Origin: Abditibacterium sp.
GTDB lineage: Bacteria; Armatimonadota; Abditibacteriia; Abditibacteriales; Abditibacteriaceae
Direction: 5' to 3'
NCBI GenBank assembly: GCA_965199495.1
Contig: CBDASK010000001.1
Location: 1-24,667 of the forward strand
Length of the DNA: 24,667 bases
The notes beneath the pieces are model-generated. The model made no database searches. It worked only from the letters and a program-made list of their open reading frames with translations, and was not told the origin of the DNA. Shown here in pieces: positions 7,187-16,351 of this stretch. Each line of letters starts with the position of its first letter. Within the stretch, counting starts at the first letter, position 1. The translations under genes were made by a program, and so were the position numbers.

Positions 7187-9667
7187 TTAAAAGCGGGCCG
7201 CCAGAAGGATGACATCGCGGCGCGGCACTCGGGCGCGCGTGGTGATGGCCAAGGCGAGGTTAGGTTGCGCCAGCAGGGTCGTCATTTCGTCGGGATAGAC
7301 GAGGGGCACTGGGCCAAGGGAGGCGCGTGGCACCTGATCGGGCATGTTGACTGCCGCCGCCGCGCCGGATTGCCGTTTTTGGGGAATAAGGGAGTCCAAA
7401 CTGAGCGGCGAACCGGAGAAAGGCTCCATCACGCCCGCCCACTCGCGCATGGAGGGTTGCTTGCGTGCCGCCGCCATCGCGCCGCTGAACGCGTCCGCCG
7501 TGATGGTGTCGCGCACCGAAGCGCCCGGCACATTGTTCACCAAGGCACGCCAGCATGCGCCCGCGCGCTGCGACAGAAACGCATCTGTTGCCCGCGAACG
7601 GCCCGATAGACCGATGGCATTGCCGTAAACGGCCAGCCATTTGGCGGCAGCGCTTTCGCCCAACTTATCATTGATGCCTTCGATGGTTTGAGTGGCGGCA
7701 ATCATACCGAGACCCAGAGAACGCCCGATAGACAGCATCGTGGCGTCGTCTTGCGTTGCCACTTCCTGCGCTTCGTCAATAATAAAAACCAAGGGAGTCT
7801 CGCCCGTTTGCAAGGGGCGCTCTGCCCGCGCTTTGAGTTGTGAATAGAGACGAGCTTTGAGGAGCGCCGTGACGACCGCTCCGGCGCGCCCGTAGCGGTA
7901 GCCCGGAATCAAAAAGCCGAGGCGCCCGCCGTGTAGCGGCGCCATCAAATCGAAAGAGTCCTCGCCTTCCAAGGTGTCGGCCCATTTAAGCAGGTCGGGA
8001 TGCGCCGTCATCGTCGCCGTCCAACTCCGCGCAACCGACAAAACGCCGGATTTTGGTTTGGCATCCATCAGGTTCCACTCGTCGGCAAAGAACAGCACCG
8101 CCTCCTTGAGAACCGGATCCTCAAAAACTCGCTCCGGGGTGAGTTCTTTGGTGACGGTGCTGCGGGCCTGGTCGGAAACTGCGAGGCGCCCGATACCGGA
8201 AAGCGTCCACCACGCGCCGCCCGCAGCCTGGGCCAGCACCGCCGCACGGCGCAGCAAACCCATCGCGGAATCCGACCAGTAGGGATCGGACTCGCCGGGC
8301 GAGCGCAGAACGTCGGCGATGGTGTCCACCAACTCCACCGGCGTGAGACCACTCACTAAGGAAAACTGCGCGTGCGCGGGATCGATGACTCGCATCCCAC
8401 GCAGGGCTTGGAGTTCATTGGGCAAAGCGGCTTTGCCGTCCATAACGACCAATCCCACATCGGATAATTCGCCGAGTTGATAGGCCAAGGGGCGCAAAAC
8501 GCCGGAGGTTTTGCCCGATCCGGTGCCACCCGTGATCAAAACATGGTTTTGCACGTCGCGCAGACTTAGCGTAAAAGGCTGTCCCGCCGAAGGCGCGAAA
8601 AAATCCCCCCGTCCGGCCAAGATGCCGGTCGCTTCGCCCAGCTTCAGCATGGGAGTGGTATCCCGCTTGGATTCGACAATTTGCTCGTAGCGGGCCTTTT
8701 CCTGATGCTCCGCCCAGTGAATGCCGCCAGTCGCTACCAAGAGCGAGCCTTCCACCGCGTTCTGGCGATCCAATTCCTTGGCGCGTGCCTCGCCTGGATT
8801 GACGCCGGATTTAAACATCGCCAGTAGCATGATCGGCCCGACCAGATAAATGAACAGGCCCAGACCGCACACGCTGAGGGCGATCAGAACGGATAAAAAA
8901 CTAAAACAGGCCCGCCAGCCGCGCGCCACATCGTAGGCCACCATTGAAGTCGCATCCGTGTCCACGATCTCCGAGGAGAGGGGGCGGCTTTCGCTCGTGA
9001 GCCAGCCGTGTCGCCACACGTCGCGCAAATCTTCGGGCGTATCCGCAGGCACGCCGCGCAAAAAACAGCGTTGCACAGCGCCTCGGACTTCTCCGTGAAT
9101 CTCCTCCAAATCGCCCGGCGCCGTCAGCTTGGGCGCGAAAATCCAGACCAGAACGGTATAAGCGAGAAGGAGCAGGGAAACTAAGAACGCGCCGATCAAA
9201 AAGGCCGAGAGGTTCATGACGGCGCCCAGTCCGTTGGTCGCACCGGCGGCAGCGTTCTCATAAAAGGCGGCGCTGGGATCGGTGACGGCACGCGGAGCAC
9301 GCGAGGTGATGGCATAAACCAGCAACCCGGATAGGGGGTAACCCAAAGCGGGGATGGCCAAGCCGATAAGGGACGCGATGCGTTGCCGTTTAAACGCGTG
9401 CGCGCCCACAAAGCGGGCGACCAGGCGGTGATAGACCTGCCGGGCGATTTCGGCGGTGCGGCCATTATGCACGGGCGGCTCCATAATCAGAGCATCCAAC
9501 TTCATGCCCTGCCAGTAACGCGCTGCATTGAAGCCGAGCGTTTCCCAGTTTTGAGAGCGAAAGGCGCGCGGTTTCCACTCCCAAGTCGGAGTCCAAGTAA
9601 TCGGGTCTTCGACGTTGGTAATGTCGTTCAAAGCGGCTTGTTGAGGCAAGGGCGAGGAAGTATTCAT
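7187..9667 (-). CDS. Type IV coupling protein (VirD4/TraD/TraG-like ATPase) with a multi-TM N-terminus
   Basis: Walker A HVLITGGTGSGKT (~8507-8530), VMDGK, DPYW, Walker B FIIDEAQ, GRSLG..ATQ. Several N-terminal hydrophobic helices. Next to the relaxase. Confidence 0.88.
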   Translation of the reverse strand: MNTSSPLPQQAALNDITNVEDPITWTPTWEWKPRAFRSQNWETLGFNAARYWQGMKLDALIMEPPVHNGRTAEIARQVYHRLVARFVGAHAFKRQRIASLIGLAIPALGYPLSGLLVYAITSRAPRAVTDPSAAFYENAAAGATNGLGAVMNLSAFLIGAFLVSLLLLAYTVLVWIFAPKLTAPGDLEEIHGEVRGAVQRCFLRGVPADTPEDLRDVWRHGWLTSESRPLSSEIVDTDATSMVAYDVARGWRACFSFLSVLIALSVCGLGLFIYLVGPIMLLAMFKSGVNPGEARAKELDRQNAVEGSLLVATGGIHWAEHQEKARYEQIVESKRDTTPMLKLGEATGILAGRGDFFAPSAGQPFTLSLRDVQNHVLITGGTGSGKTSGVLRPLAYQLGELSDVGLVVMDGKAALPNELQALRGMRVIDPAHAQFSLVSGLTPVELVDTIADVLRSPGESDPYWSDSAMGLLRRAAVLAQAAGGAWWTLSGIGRLAVSDQARSTVTKELTPERVFEDPVLKEAVLFFADEWNLMDAKPKSGVLSVARSWTATMTAHPDLLKWADTLEGEDSFDLMAPLHGGRLGFLIPGYRYGRAGAVVTALLKARLYSQLKARAERPLQTGETPLVFIIDEAQEVATQDDATMLSIGRSLGLGMIAATQTIEGINDKLGESAAAKWLAVYGNAIGLSGRSRATDAFLSQRAGACWRALVNNVPGASVRDTITADAFSGAMAAARKQPSMREWAGVMEPFSGSPLSLDSLIPQKRQSGAAAAVNMPDQVPRASLGPVPLVYPDEMTTLLAQPNLALAITTRARVPRRDVILLAARF

Positions 9668-9752
9668 GAGAGGGCTGTGGAGGGTAAATGCTCGTTATGG
9701 GCGAATTTAGGAGGCTATAGGACGAGGGATAGGTCGGCTCAAGAGCGACCCT

Positions 9753-11075
9753 TTAAGGGGCACTGGCTTCCAGCTTTTGAATGAAGGCGATGTTGTCCCG
9801 CTCGTTAGCGTTCATCACCTGCTGATAAATAAAGCCCGCATTGTTGCTCGTGCCGCGATACCAAGGGCGCCCACGAAAATGCTCCGCTACGCGCAGATTT
9901 TTGGTGAAGATATAGCCGCGCCGCGCGTAAATGCCGTTTCGATAAAGGCGCAGGCTGGAACGGTCGGCACCTTCCAGGCGCACCTTGAGGCGCGCAAACA
10001 ATTGATTATCGCCCGGATTTTGACACACGAGAGCGTAATTGTATTGGCGCGCATGCAGAGAAATCATATCCACATCCTCTTGCAAGGAACCGGGCACGCC
10101 GGGGAAAGCCTCCGTTTCGGGCGAAGGCAATCCCTCGCCTCGGTTAGCCGGGTTATCCGCCGATCCATCAGCGGCGGGTTTTGTGCTTGGAATCGCCGGC
10201 GTTTGAAGCGACGCAGAGGGGAATGGTGGCGAGTTTGTCGCCGCCATCCCCGGCGTGCCGACTTTAGGCGGCAAAGTTTCGCCGCTTCTGGAAGCGAAAG
10301 AAGGCGCACGCAGGAGGGAAAAGGCGGCTCCGCAGACCACGACAACACTTAGGAGGGCCATCGGCCACCAGCGACGTAGCGCTGGTGGCGTTGGGGCTGT
10401 GGAGCGAGGTAACGGTGGGGCTTTTGTTGGTGACTTGCGTTGGCTATCGAAGGGAGGGGAGAGGGCCGCTCGCTGCTCGTCGTTCTGAGCTGGGGACGCG
10501 GAGAGTTTTGAAGGCGCGATTACGGGAGTTTCTTCGGGCGTGGACGCGGCGGGCATTCCACTGAGCGCAATCGGGCTTGGCTCAGTGTTGAGAGAAGATG
10601 CAAGAGTGGGCGCGGGTGGCTCGCTGGCCGTTGGCGCCGGTGAGACTGCGGTTAAATCGAGCGATGGAGGGGGAAGTAAGTGTTCGTTGGTCGCGTGTTC
10701 GCTTTCGGACGCCAGTAAAGAGGGGTTTTTCTCTGGCGCGATTGGCTTCTCGGTGTCTGATGCCGTTGAAGAGGCGTCTTGTTGAACAAGAATTTTTTCG
10801 GGCGCGGACTTCTTCAAAGAGTCAAAGGACGGGAGAGGTTCTTGGAGCGAACTGGCATCTGCTGGAGACGGCAGTTTCGAGTTCGTCAACGGTTCCGTTT
10901 GAGACGAATTTGGCCGATTTGCCGGTGATGAATTTGGATTGCGCGCAGGGGACGCCAGTAGGGGCTTAACCGGCGCCGAAGCGACCGGCGCCGGAGCGCT
11001 TAAATCTTGGCCGCACTGCGCGCAGAACGGAGCGTCTGCCGCATCTTCCACGCCGCAATAAGGACAAATGCTCAT
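9753..11075 (-). CDS. Zinc-ribbon / Pro-Ser linker / TM / YARHG-domain membrane protein
   Basis: CPYCG..CAQCG at the N-terminus, TM WWPMALLSVVVVCGAAFSLL, and C-terminal LRLYRNGIYARRGYIF..HF...PWY..NANERDNIAFIQKLE. Confidence 0.85.
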   Translation of the reverse strand: MSICPYCGVEDAADAPFCAQCGQDLSAPAPVASAPVKPLLASPARNPNSSPANRPNSSQTEPLTNSKLPSPADASSLQEPLPSFDSLKKSAPEKILVQQDASSTASDTEKPIAPEKNPSLLASESEHATNEHLLPPPSLDLTAVSPAPTASEPPAPTLASSLNTEPSPIALSGMPAASTPEETPVIAPSKLSASPAQNDEQRAALSPPFDSQRKSPTKAPPLPRSTAPTPPALRRWWPMALLSVVVVCGAAFSLLRAPSFASRSGETLPPKVGTPGMAATNSPPFPSASLQTPAIPSTKPAADGSADNPANRGEGLPSPETEAFPGVPGSLQEDVDMISLHARQYNYALVCQNPGDNQLFARLKVRLEGADRSSLRLYRNGIYARRGYIFTKNLRVAEHFRGRPWYRGTSNNAGFIYQQVMNANERDNIAFIQKLEASAP

Positions 11076-11217
11076 AGTCGCATGACACCTGAGGGAAAGT
11101 ATAACTAATGGGAGCAAATCAACCGAGTAGTGTCATAAAAAATTCATTCGACTTGGAGTTTTTGGAGAGCTATCTTAGAAGCTCTAAAAAGCATCGGCTC
11201 AGGAAAGGAGTTTGGAA

Positions 11218-11547
11218 GTGGCAAAAGAATTCAACGGTCTCGATCCCGTTAGCGAGAGAGTGCTGCGCGGCAGTCACCCCAAACTGGCGGGACAACCTGA
11301 TTATGGTTTGGCGCTCGAACCTCAGGATGAGGCGCGCCTCCGCGCGCGCGCTGAGGAGTATGGAATCAATTTCGATGAAATGAAATATCGTTTTGAGATC
11401 GCGCACCAAGTCGTAGAAGCTGAATCAAATCATCAAAAGTCGCTTTCGCTTCTCGATCAGCGCATCGTCCCCAGAAACGCGCTCAAAAATTATTTTGAAG
11501 GGCATCTCGAAATGGCGATCAATACCAAAAGGGCCGCTTCTTCCTAA
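11218..11547 (+). CDS. Hypothetical protein (~109 aa)
   Basis: AAGGAG RBS lies 7 nt before GTG 11218. No family recognised. Confidence 0.65.
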   Translation: MAKEFNGLDPVSERVLRGSHPKLAGQPDYGLALEPQDEARLRARAEEYGINFDEMKYRFEIAHQVVEAESNHQKSLSLLDQRIVPRNALKNYFEGHLEMAINTKRAASS

Positions 11548-11609
11548 TTCTCGGAATTTGAATTGTTGACGCAGCGCAGTCAGAAGCGCGTCAGTTAGAC
11601 TGAGCTTCC

Positions 11610-12689
11610 ATGCGACGCGACATTAACTATCGCCGATACGACCCCCAAAACTTTGCCCAAGATCATCCCTACGACACGAAATTGCGTGAAGCTTTGGAGG
11701 GGGCCAATAGTCTGGCGTCACAGACCCAGGGGCAGCAAGCGGGGGAGTCCTTAACGGATGCGCGCGACAGTGCGGATGAGAATTTCAACAATTATAGTCT
11801 TCGATTCGACCGCGATCTCGACCAGTTTCATAAAGGCGAACTCAACCAGCAAAAAAGCGACTACTTCGAGCAGCAGAGATCGCTCATCAACGAACGGTTG
11901 AGACAGAACGTAGATAACGCCAAGAACCAGCAGGAACTGGAAGGCAGCCAAGGTGCCCACTCGGACAGCATTAAGAACTTGGAAAAGAGCTACGAGAACA
12001 ATTTTGCCGATAGGCCGGACTATCTGGAGCAGCGCAGTCAACTGGAGAATTTTCAAGGGGCCCGCAGCGAAGCAATTTCGCACGGAATTGGCAAAATCCA
12101 AGACCAGACAATAGAAGATAAAGGGTTAAATGGCCCGGACACCCCGCCTTCAACGACGCCTCCCGACGCGCCTTCCAGCCCAGATGATATTGACTCAGGA
12201 GCGGGTGGCCCAACATTGGACGGCTCTGGCCCAGAACCTCCGGACGCTTCCGGGCCGGGTGACACCACGCCCGATGATCCGGATCCTGATCTTCCCCAAT
12301 CCAACTTGAACTCTCCTACAGTAGAAACGCCAAGCGATCCCACCCCAACGCAACCCGCTGACCTTGGGCTGAGCGCTCCCGGTGACCCTGACCTGATGCC
12401 TCCTGGCGATCCCAGCCCAGAGCCTGTAGAAGCGCCACCGATGGAAGTCGCGCCAACGAGCGAACCGAACGTACCGCCAGAAAGTGCGCCCACCGAGCTA
12501 TCGGCGGCGGAGTACACCTCAGAGGACTTTCCCAGCGAGCCGGAACCCGCGCAGCCTTCCGAAGCAGAAATGCAGCAATCGCCAGAATACCAGCAGTTTC
12601 TGGAATCTTATAATAGTGTTGCGGAGCCTCAACCGGCAGGGCCGGAGATGAATCAAGACCAAGCCCCCGATCAAAGCATGTCTATGTAA
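11610..12689 (+). CDS. Hypothetical protein with a Gln-rich helical N-half and an acidic Pro-rich disordered C-half
   Basis: 359-aa ORF with consistent composition, ending in APDQSMSM. Confidence 0.75.
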   Translation: MRRDINYRRYDPQNFAQDHPYDTKLREALEGANSLASQTQGQQAGESLTDARDSADENFNNYSLRFDRDLDQFHKGELNQQKSDYFEQQRSLINERLRQNVDNAKNQQELEGSQGAHSDSIKNLEKSYENNFADRPDYLEQRSQLENFQGARSEAISHGIGKIQDQTIEDKGLNGPDTPPSTTPPDAPSSPDDIDSGAGGPTLDGSGPEPPDASGPGDTTPDDPDPDLPQSNLNSPTVETPSDPTPTQPADLGLSAPGDPDLMPPGDPSPEPVEAPPMEVAPTSEPNVPPESAPTELSAAEYTSEDFPSEPEPAQPSEAEMQQSPEYQQFLESYNSVAEPQPAGPEMNQDQAPDQSMSM

Positions 12690-12791
12690 GAGCATGCCCA
12701 TGTCGAAGGCCCGCTACTTCGCGCAGCGGTCACACGGCCACCGTAGAGGAAAACCATTGACACAACCGCCCGGCTGCATGAGATTAGACGC

Positions 12792-12968
12792 ATGGACGCC
12801 TACGATACGTTGCGCGAAGTGGCGGGACTGATCGACGCTTTGAAACCCGAAGAACGCCGTCAGGTGATGGCCGCACTCGCCGAGCGTTTCGGCTTCAAGC
12901 TGGCCGACAAAGCCGCCACCACCAGCAAGGGCTACCGCCCCGGCTACGGGCGTAAACGCGGCGGATAG
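12792..12968 (+). CDS. Small 58-aa protein not in the ORF track
   Basis: MDAYDTLREVAGLIDALKPEERRQVMAALAERFGFKLADKAATTSKGYRPGYGRKRGG*. GC3-rich codons. Upstream TTGACA(12757)-17-GAGATT. Confidence 0.65.
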   Translation: MDAYDTLREVAGLIDALKPEERRQVMAALAERFGFKLADKAATTSKGYRPGYGRKRGG

Positions 12969-13040
12969 CAGACCCACACCATAAAATCCGCCGCCCGACT
13001 TTGAGGGAGCCACACCGCCCCGATGCGGTGACACACGGCT

Positions 13041-13257
13041 GGAAGCGTCGGCCTGTGCCCCTGCATTGCTTTCCCATTGCGTCCTTTCCCCTTGATAGCG
13101 CCGAAGCTGGCGGGCGCAGCGCGCACCGCAAGAGGCACCCCATTTTCGGCTTGCGCTGCGCTGATCCTGCAAACGGGGAACTGCGTTTTTCCCCACCTCT
13201 GGCAGTGTGCCCTTGACGCGCCCGCCCTGTTTTCGGCATCAAGGGCAATGACGCTCC
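13041..13257. promoter_or_regulatory. Large imperfect stem-loop upstream of ardC (candidate ssDNA promoter / CUP-like element)
   Basis: Arms: CCCTTGAT(13089)/ATCAAGGG(13238), GCCGAA(13100)/TTCGGC(13232), GGCGGGCGC(13109)/GCGCCCGCC(13218). TTGACG at 13213. Confidence 0.55.
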
Positions 13258-13278
13258 GATGAATGAAAGCAAAAGACA

Positions 13279-14265
13279 GTGACCCAGACCGAACAGAAAA
13301 CCAAAACCGACGTTTACACCCGCATCACCAACCAGATCGTGGCTTCCATCGAAGCGGGAGCCGATGCCTTTCAAATGCCGTGGCACAGTGAGGGCAGCGT
13401 GTTACGTCCCGTCAATGCCTTTAACGGCAAGCCCTACCGAGGCGTGAACGTTTTGGCGCTCTGGTGCGCCGCCGATGAAGCGGGATACAGCAGCGACAAG
13501 TGGGCGACCTATAAACAGTGGCAGGAGAGCGGCGCACAGGTCAAAAAAGGCGAAAAATCTTCTTCGATTGTTTTCTGGAAAATCTTTAACCCCGAACAGC
13601 CCGACGAGGCACCACCCGCGCCACAGGGCGCAGCCGACGAAGATCAGCACCGCCGCATGATGGCGCGCGCTTATAGCGTCTTTAACGCCGAGCAAGTTGA
13701 GGGCTACGAAGCGCCACCCGCCCCGCAGCCACGCCCCGAAGTGCAGCGCGTCACTCATGCCGACACGTTTTTTCAAGCTCTGGGAGCCGAAATCAGGCAC
13801 GGCGGATCACGGGCTTACTTCAAACCCTCCACCGATCACATTCAAATGCCAGACTTTGCCGCGTTCCGCGATGCGTTGTCTTACTATGCCATTCTGGGAC
13901 ATGAAAGCATCCACTGGACGGGCGTTGAGAAGCGTCTCAACCGCGACATGAGCGGGCGTTTCGGAAACGAAAGCTATGCCGCCGAAGAGTTGGTCGCCGA
14001 ACTGGGCGCGGCGTTTCTGTGCGCTGATCTGGGATTGTCCAACGAGCCACGCCCCGACCACGCCGCCTATGCCGCCAGTTGGCTCAAGGTTCTCAAGAAC
14101 GATAATCGCGCGATCTTTACCGCCGCCGCCAAAGCGCAACAGGCGGTGGACTTCGCCCACAGCTTGCAGCCACAGCCGACGGGCGATCCTTCCCCGGACG
14201 ACGGGGAGGAGCCAGCTTTTGCAGTCGCGCCAGTTAAAGTGAGACAGTTGAGTTTGGGGTTGTAA
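13279..14265 (+). CDS. ardC: ArdC antirestriction protein (ssDNA-binding N-domain plus zincin-like domain)
   Basis: DVYTRITNQIV..MPW, YRGVN, WATYKQW..GAQVKKGEK, VFNAEQ, HESIH (HExxH), YAAEELVAELGAAFLC, SWLKVLKND. Confidence 0.95.
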   Translation: MTQTEQKTKTDVYTRITNQIVASIEAGADAFQMPWHSEGSVLRPVNAFNGKPYRGVNVLALWCAADEAGYSSDKWATYKQWQESGAQVKKGEKSSSIVFWKIFNPEQPDEAPPAPQGAADEDQHRRMMARAYSVFNAEQVEGYEAPPAPQPRPEVQRVTHADTFFQALGAEIRHGGSRAYFKPSTDHIQMPDFAAFRDALSYYAILGHESIHWTGVEKRLNRDMSGRFGNESYAAEELVAELGAAFLCADLGLSNEPRPDHAAYAASWLKVLKNDNRAIFTAAAKAQQAVDFAHSLQPQPTGDPSPDDGEEPAFAVAPVKVRQLSLGL

Positions 14266-14333
14266 AAGCGAAATCCTCTTGACTGAGCCGCTTTTAGAGG
14301 GATTGATGCAACGGCACATAGAAAGGCCGTTGC

Positions 14334-15113
14334 ATGACTTATCAGCCCAAAACCGAACACCACCGCGATATTCTCGAAGAGTATCAAATCGAGTTGGCGC
14401 TCTACAAGTTGCACGAGCAGATGTTTGGACTGGCCGCGCAAAGTAAGGCCGCGCTGCGAGATGCACGCCCGATTTTGCAGCAGTTAAACCAAACCGATCC
14501 CGACCGCGCGCGCCGCGCCGCCGAGTGTTTCCGCTTGGCGGTTTCGCTCCTGCGCGAAGCGACCGTCACCGTCGGCGATGCTGTGGACTGGGACGCGATT
14601 GCCGAACTCTATCACCCGTCCGAAGACAATTTCATCGACACGCCCGCGACGTGGCCGGTCATCGGGCGTGCCACATCTCCGTGCGCGGCCAACGGCAACG
14701 GACACGCCAATGGTAGCGACCACAGTAACGGCAGCGCACCGACGCGGCGCGTGGCCGCTGTCACCGTCGAGTCGGAAGTTGAGGAAGCCAGCGCCGCGCC
14801 GACCGCCGTAAGAGCCGAACCTAAAACGGCTAATCGTGGGCGACTGGCGAGTTTGGGGCGCACCCTCAAACGCGATCAGGAAAGCGAGAAACGCCGCTTC
14901 TATGCCATCGCCAAGGATCACGGCCTGGTCACCGGCAAGAGCGCCAGAGACGCGATGTTTGAGGCTTTGTCGCAATACTTCGGCGAAGTGATGACCAGTC
15001 ACAACCAGCTTGATGCCAGTAAATGGGGCCGCGCCGCCTCTGCCGTGCAGATGCAAGAATTATGCTGGTCAAACGCGCCCACCGCAAAAGTGGCTGCGCC
15101 GCAGCCGCGCTAA
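14334..15113 (+). CDS. Hypothetical protein with two helical regions joined by a low-complexity linker
   Basis: 259-aa ORF, co-oriented with ardC, backbone-like codon usage. Confidence 0.72.
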   Translation: MTYQPKTEHHRDILEEYQIELALYKLHEQMFGLAAQSKAALRDARPILQQLNQTDPDRARRAAECFRLAVSLLREATVTVGDAVDWDAIAELYHPSEDNFIDTPATWPVIGRATSPCAANGNGHANGSDHSNGSAPTRRVAAVTVESEVEEASAAPTAVRAEPKTANRGRLASLGRTLKRDQESEKRRFYAIAKDHGLVTGKSARDAMFEALSQYFGEVMTSHNQLDASKWGRAASAVQMQELCWSNAPTAKVAAPQPR

Positions 15114-15122
15114 TGGGCGGAC

Positions 15123-15437
15123 ATGGCGACCGACCCCGACACTCCCAGACAATACAGGCTCGATTTCAACCCGGCGGAATTAACACCGGAAGAAAAAGCG
15201 CGCTTCCAACGCTACGCGGACAAGTGGACAATCGAAGAAGAGATGGAAGATTTTAAGAAATTGCCTTTTGAAACTCTCGCCGAATTTATGAACGAGCGCG
15301 AAATCCATTTAAGGCAGCTTGAAGCCTTCGGGCCGGAATTTAAACGCGAACCCAAGCCGAGCGAAGCGTGGCAGATCGTGAACGGCCAAGTCCGCGCGCC
15401 TCCAAGTCCGCGCCAGATGGTCTTGAAATTTGAGTGA
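15123..15437 (+). CDS. Hypothetical 104-aa protein
   Basis: Starts 9 nt after the previous stop; probably in the same operon. Confidence 0.68.
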   Translation: MATDPDTPRQYRLDFNPAELTPEEKARFQRYADKWTIEEEMEDFKKLPFETLAEFMNEREIHLRQLEAFGPEFKREPKPSEAWQIVNGQVRAPPSPRQMVLKFE

Positions 15438-15477
15438 AATTTGGCTCTTCGTCGCTGGTGAAAATCGCTTGACGCGG

Positions 15478-15804
15478 CTAAATTTGAAGACTCTCCGTTT
15501 TTAATTGTGAGATAAGCGCATCTATCTTATCTAAGTAGGAAAGATATTTTTTTGCGTCAAGGTAAGCAACGTCATTGTCTTCCATTATTTCTAAAAGCTC
15601 TTTTCGCAGTTGCAAATCAGGTTCTATCAGTGACGAAGACGAAGGAATATATTCGTCATTGGTTAAAGCGATAGCAATTGCTCCTAACTCACCGTCCAAC
15701 AACACCAATCTTGTGTGCAAATCGTCTAATTCATCAAATTCGCTAACAGGCGGGAAATTGGCTTCCATGAAATTGGCGAGTGCGGCTGAGGTTTTTGAGT
15801 GCAT
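15478..15804 (-). CDS. Putative immunity protein for toxin 1 (108 aa, acidic, helical)
   Basis: GGAGA RBS supports ATG 15804. Lies 19 nt downstream of the toxin stop. AT-rich. Contains FPPVSEFDELDDLH. Confidence 0.7.
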   Translation of the reverse strand: MHSKTSAALANFMEANFPPVSEFDELDDLHTRLVLLDGELGAIAIALTNDEYIPSSSSLIEPDLQLRKELLEIMEDNDVAYLDAKKYLSYLDKIDALISQLKTESLQI

Positions 15805-15823
15805 GGTGTGTAATCTCCGAATT

Positions 15824-16351
15824 TTAACGGTATCCGAAGCTGATGATTTTTCCGTCAGAGGTATATATACCGAATGGCTTTCCTTTACCAAGTTTTATTT
15901 TTATGCCCGTAGTACCATCTCTCAAATTAATTGGTTTTCCCAAGCCCTTGTTGTTTGCGAAAAGATTTTCTGCATCTTTGGTGTATTGAGTTAATGAATT
16001 GCCTTCCCCATGTTTTTTCCAGTGATAAGCAATAGTATCGTCTAACTTTTCAAAACTTGAATTGTGCCACTTCGACCGCACCTGTTTAAGCTCCCGACCC
16101 AATCGCCCCAAAGTGCGCCCGCCAATATTGATTAACCTTCTGAGAGCCATTCGGCCCAGAATGCGAAGCAGTGAAGCGATGCCGATTTCTGCCAGCAAAG
16201 GAGCCAGAAGAAAACCGAGAACGATAGCAGCGATGATGAGCGCCCACACTCTGGGCTGGTTCATGCAATCGCTTAGGCCACTGCAATTGTCGGCGGAAGC
16301 GGGAAGTGCCCCTACGCACAGCAGGAACAACAGGAAAGGCCAGCGTTTCAC
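15824..16351 (-). CDS. Putative small polymorphic toxin 1: signal peptide, C-x5-C, hydrophobic helix, basic RNase-like (probable BECR) C-terminal domain
   Basis: GTG 16351 with GAGGAG RBS overlaps the upstream TGA. MKRWPFLLFLLCVGALPASA|DNCSGLSDC. C-terminal W..SSF…YHWKKHG…QYT…GIYTSDGKIISFGY. Confidence 0.72.
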   Translation of the reverse strand: MKRWPFLLFLLCVGALPASADNCSGLSDCMNQPRVWALIIAAIVLGFLLAPLLAEIGIASLLRILGRMALRRLINIGGRTLGRLGRELKQVRSKWHNSSFEKLDDTIAYHWKKHGEGNSLTQYTKDAENLFANNKGLGKPINLRDGTTGIKIKLGKGKPFGIYTSDGKIISFGYR

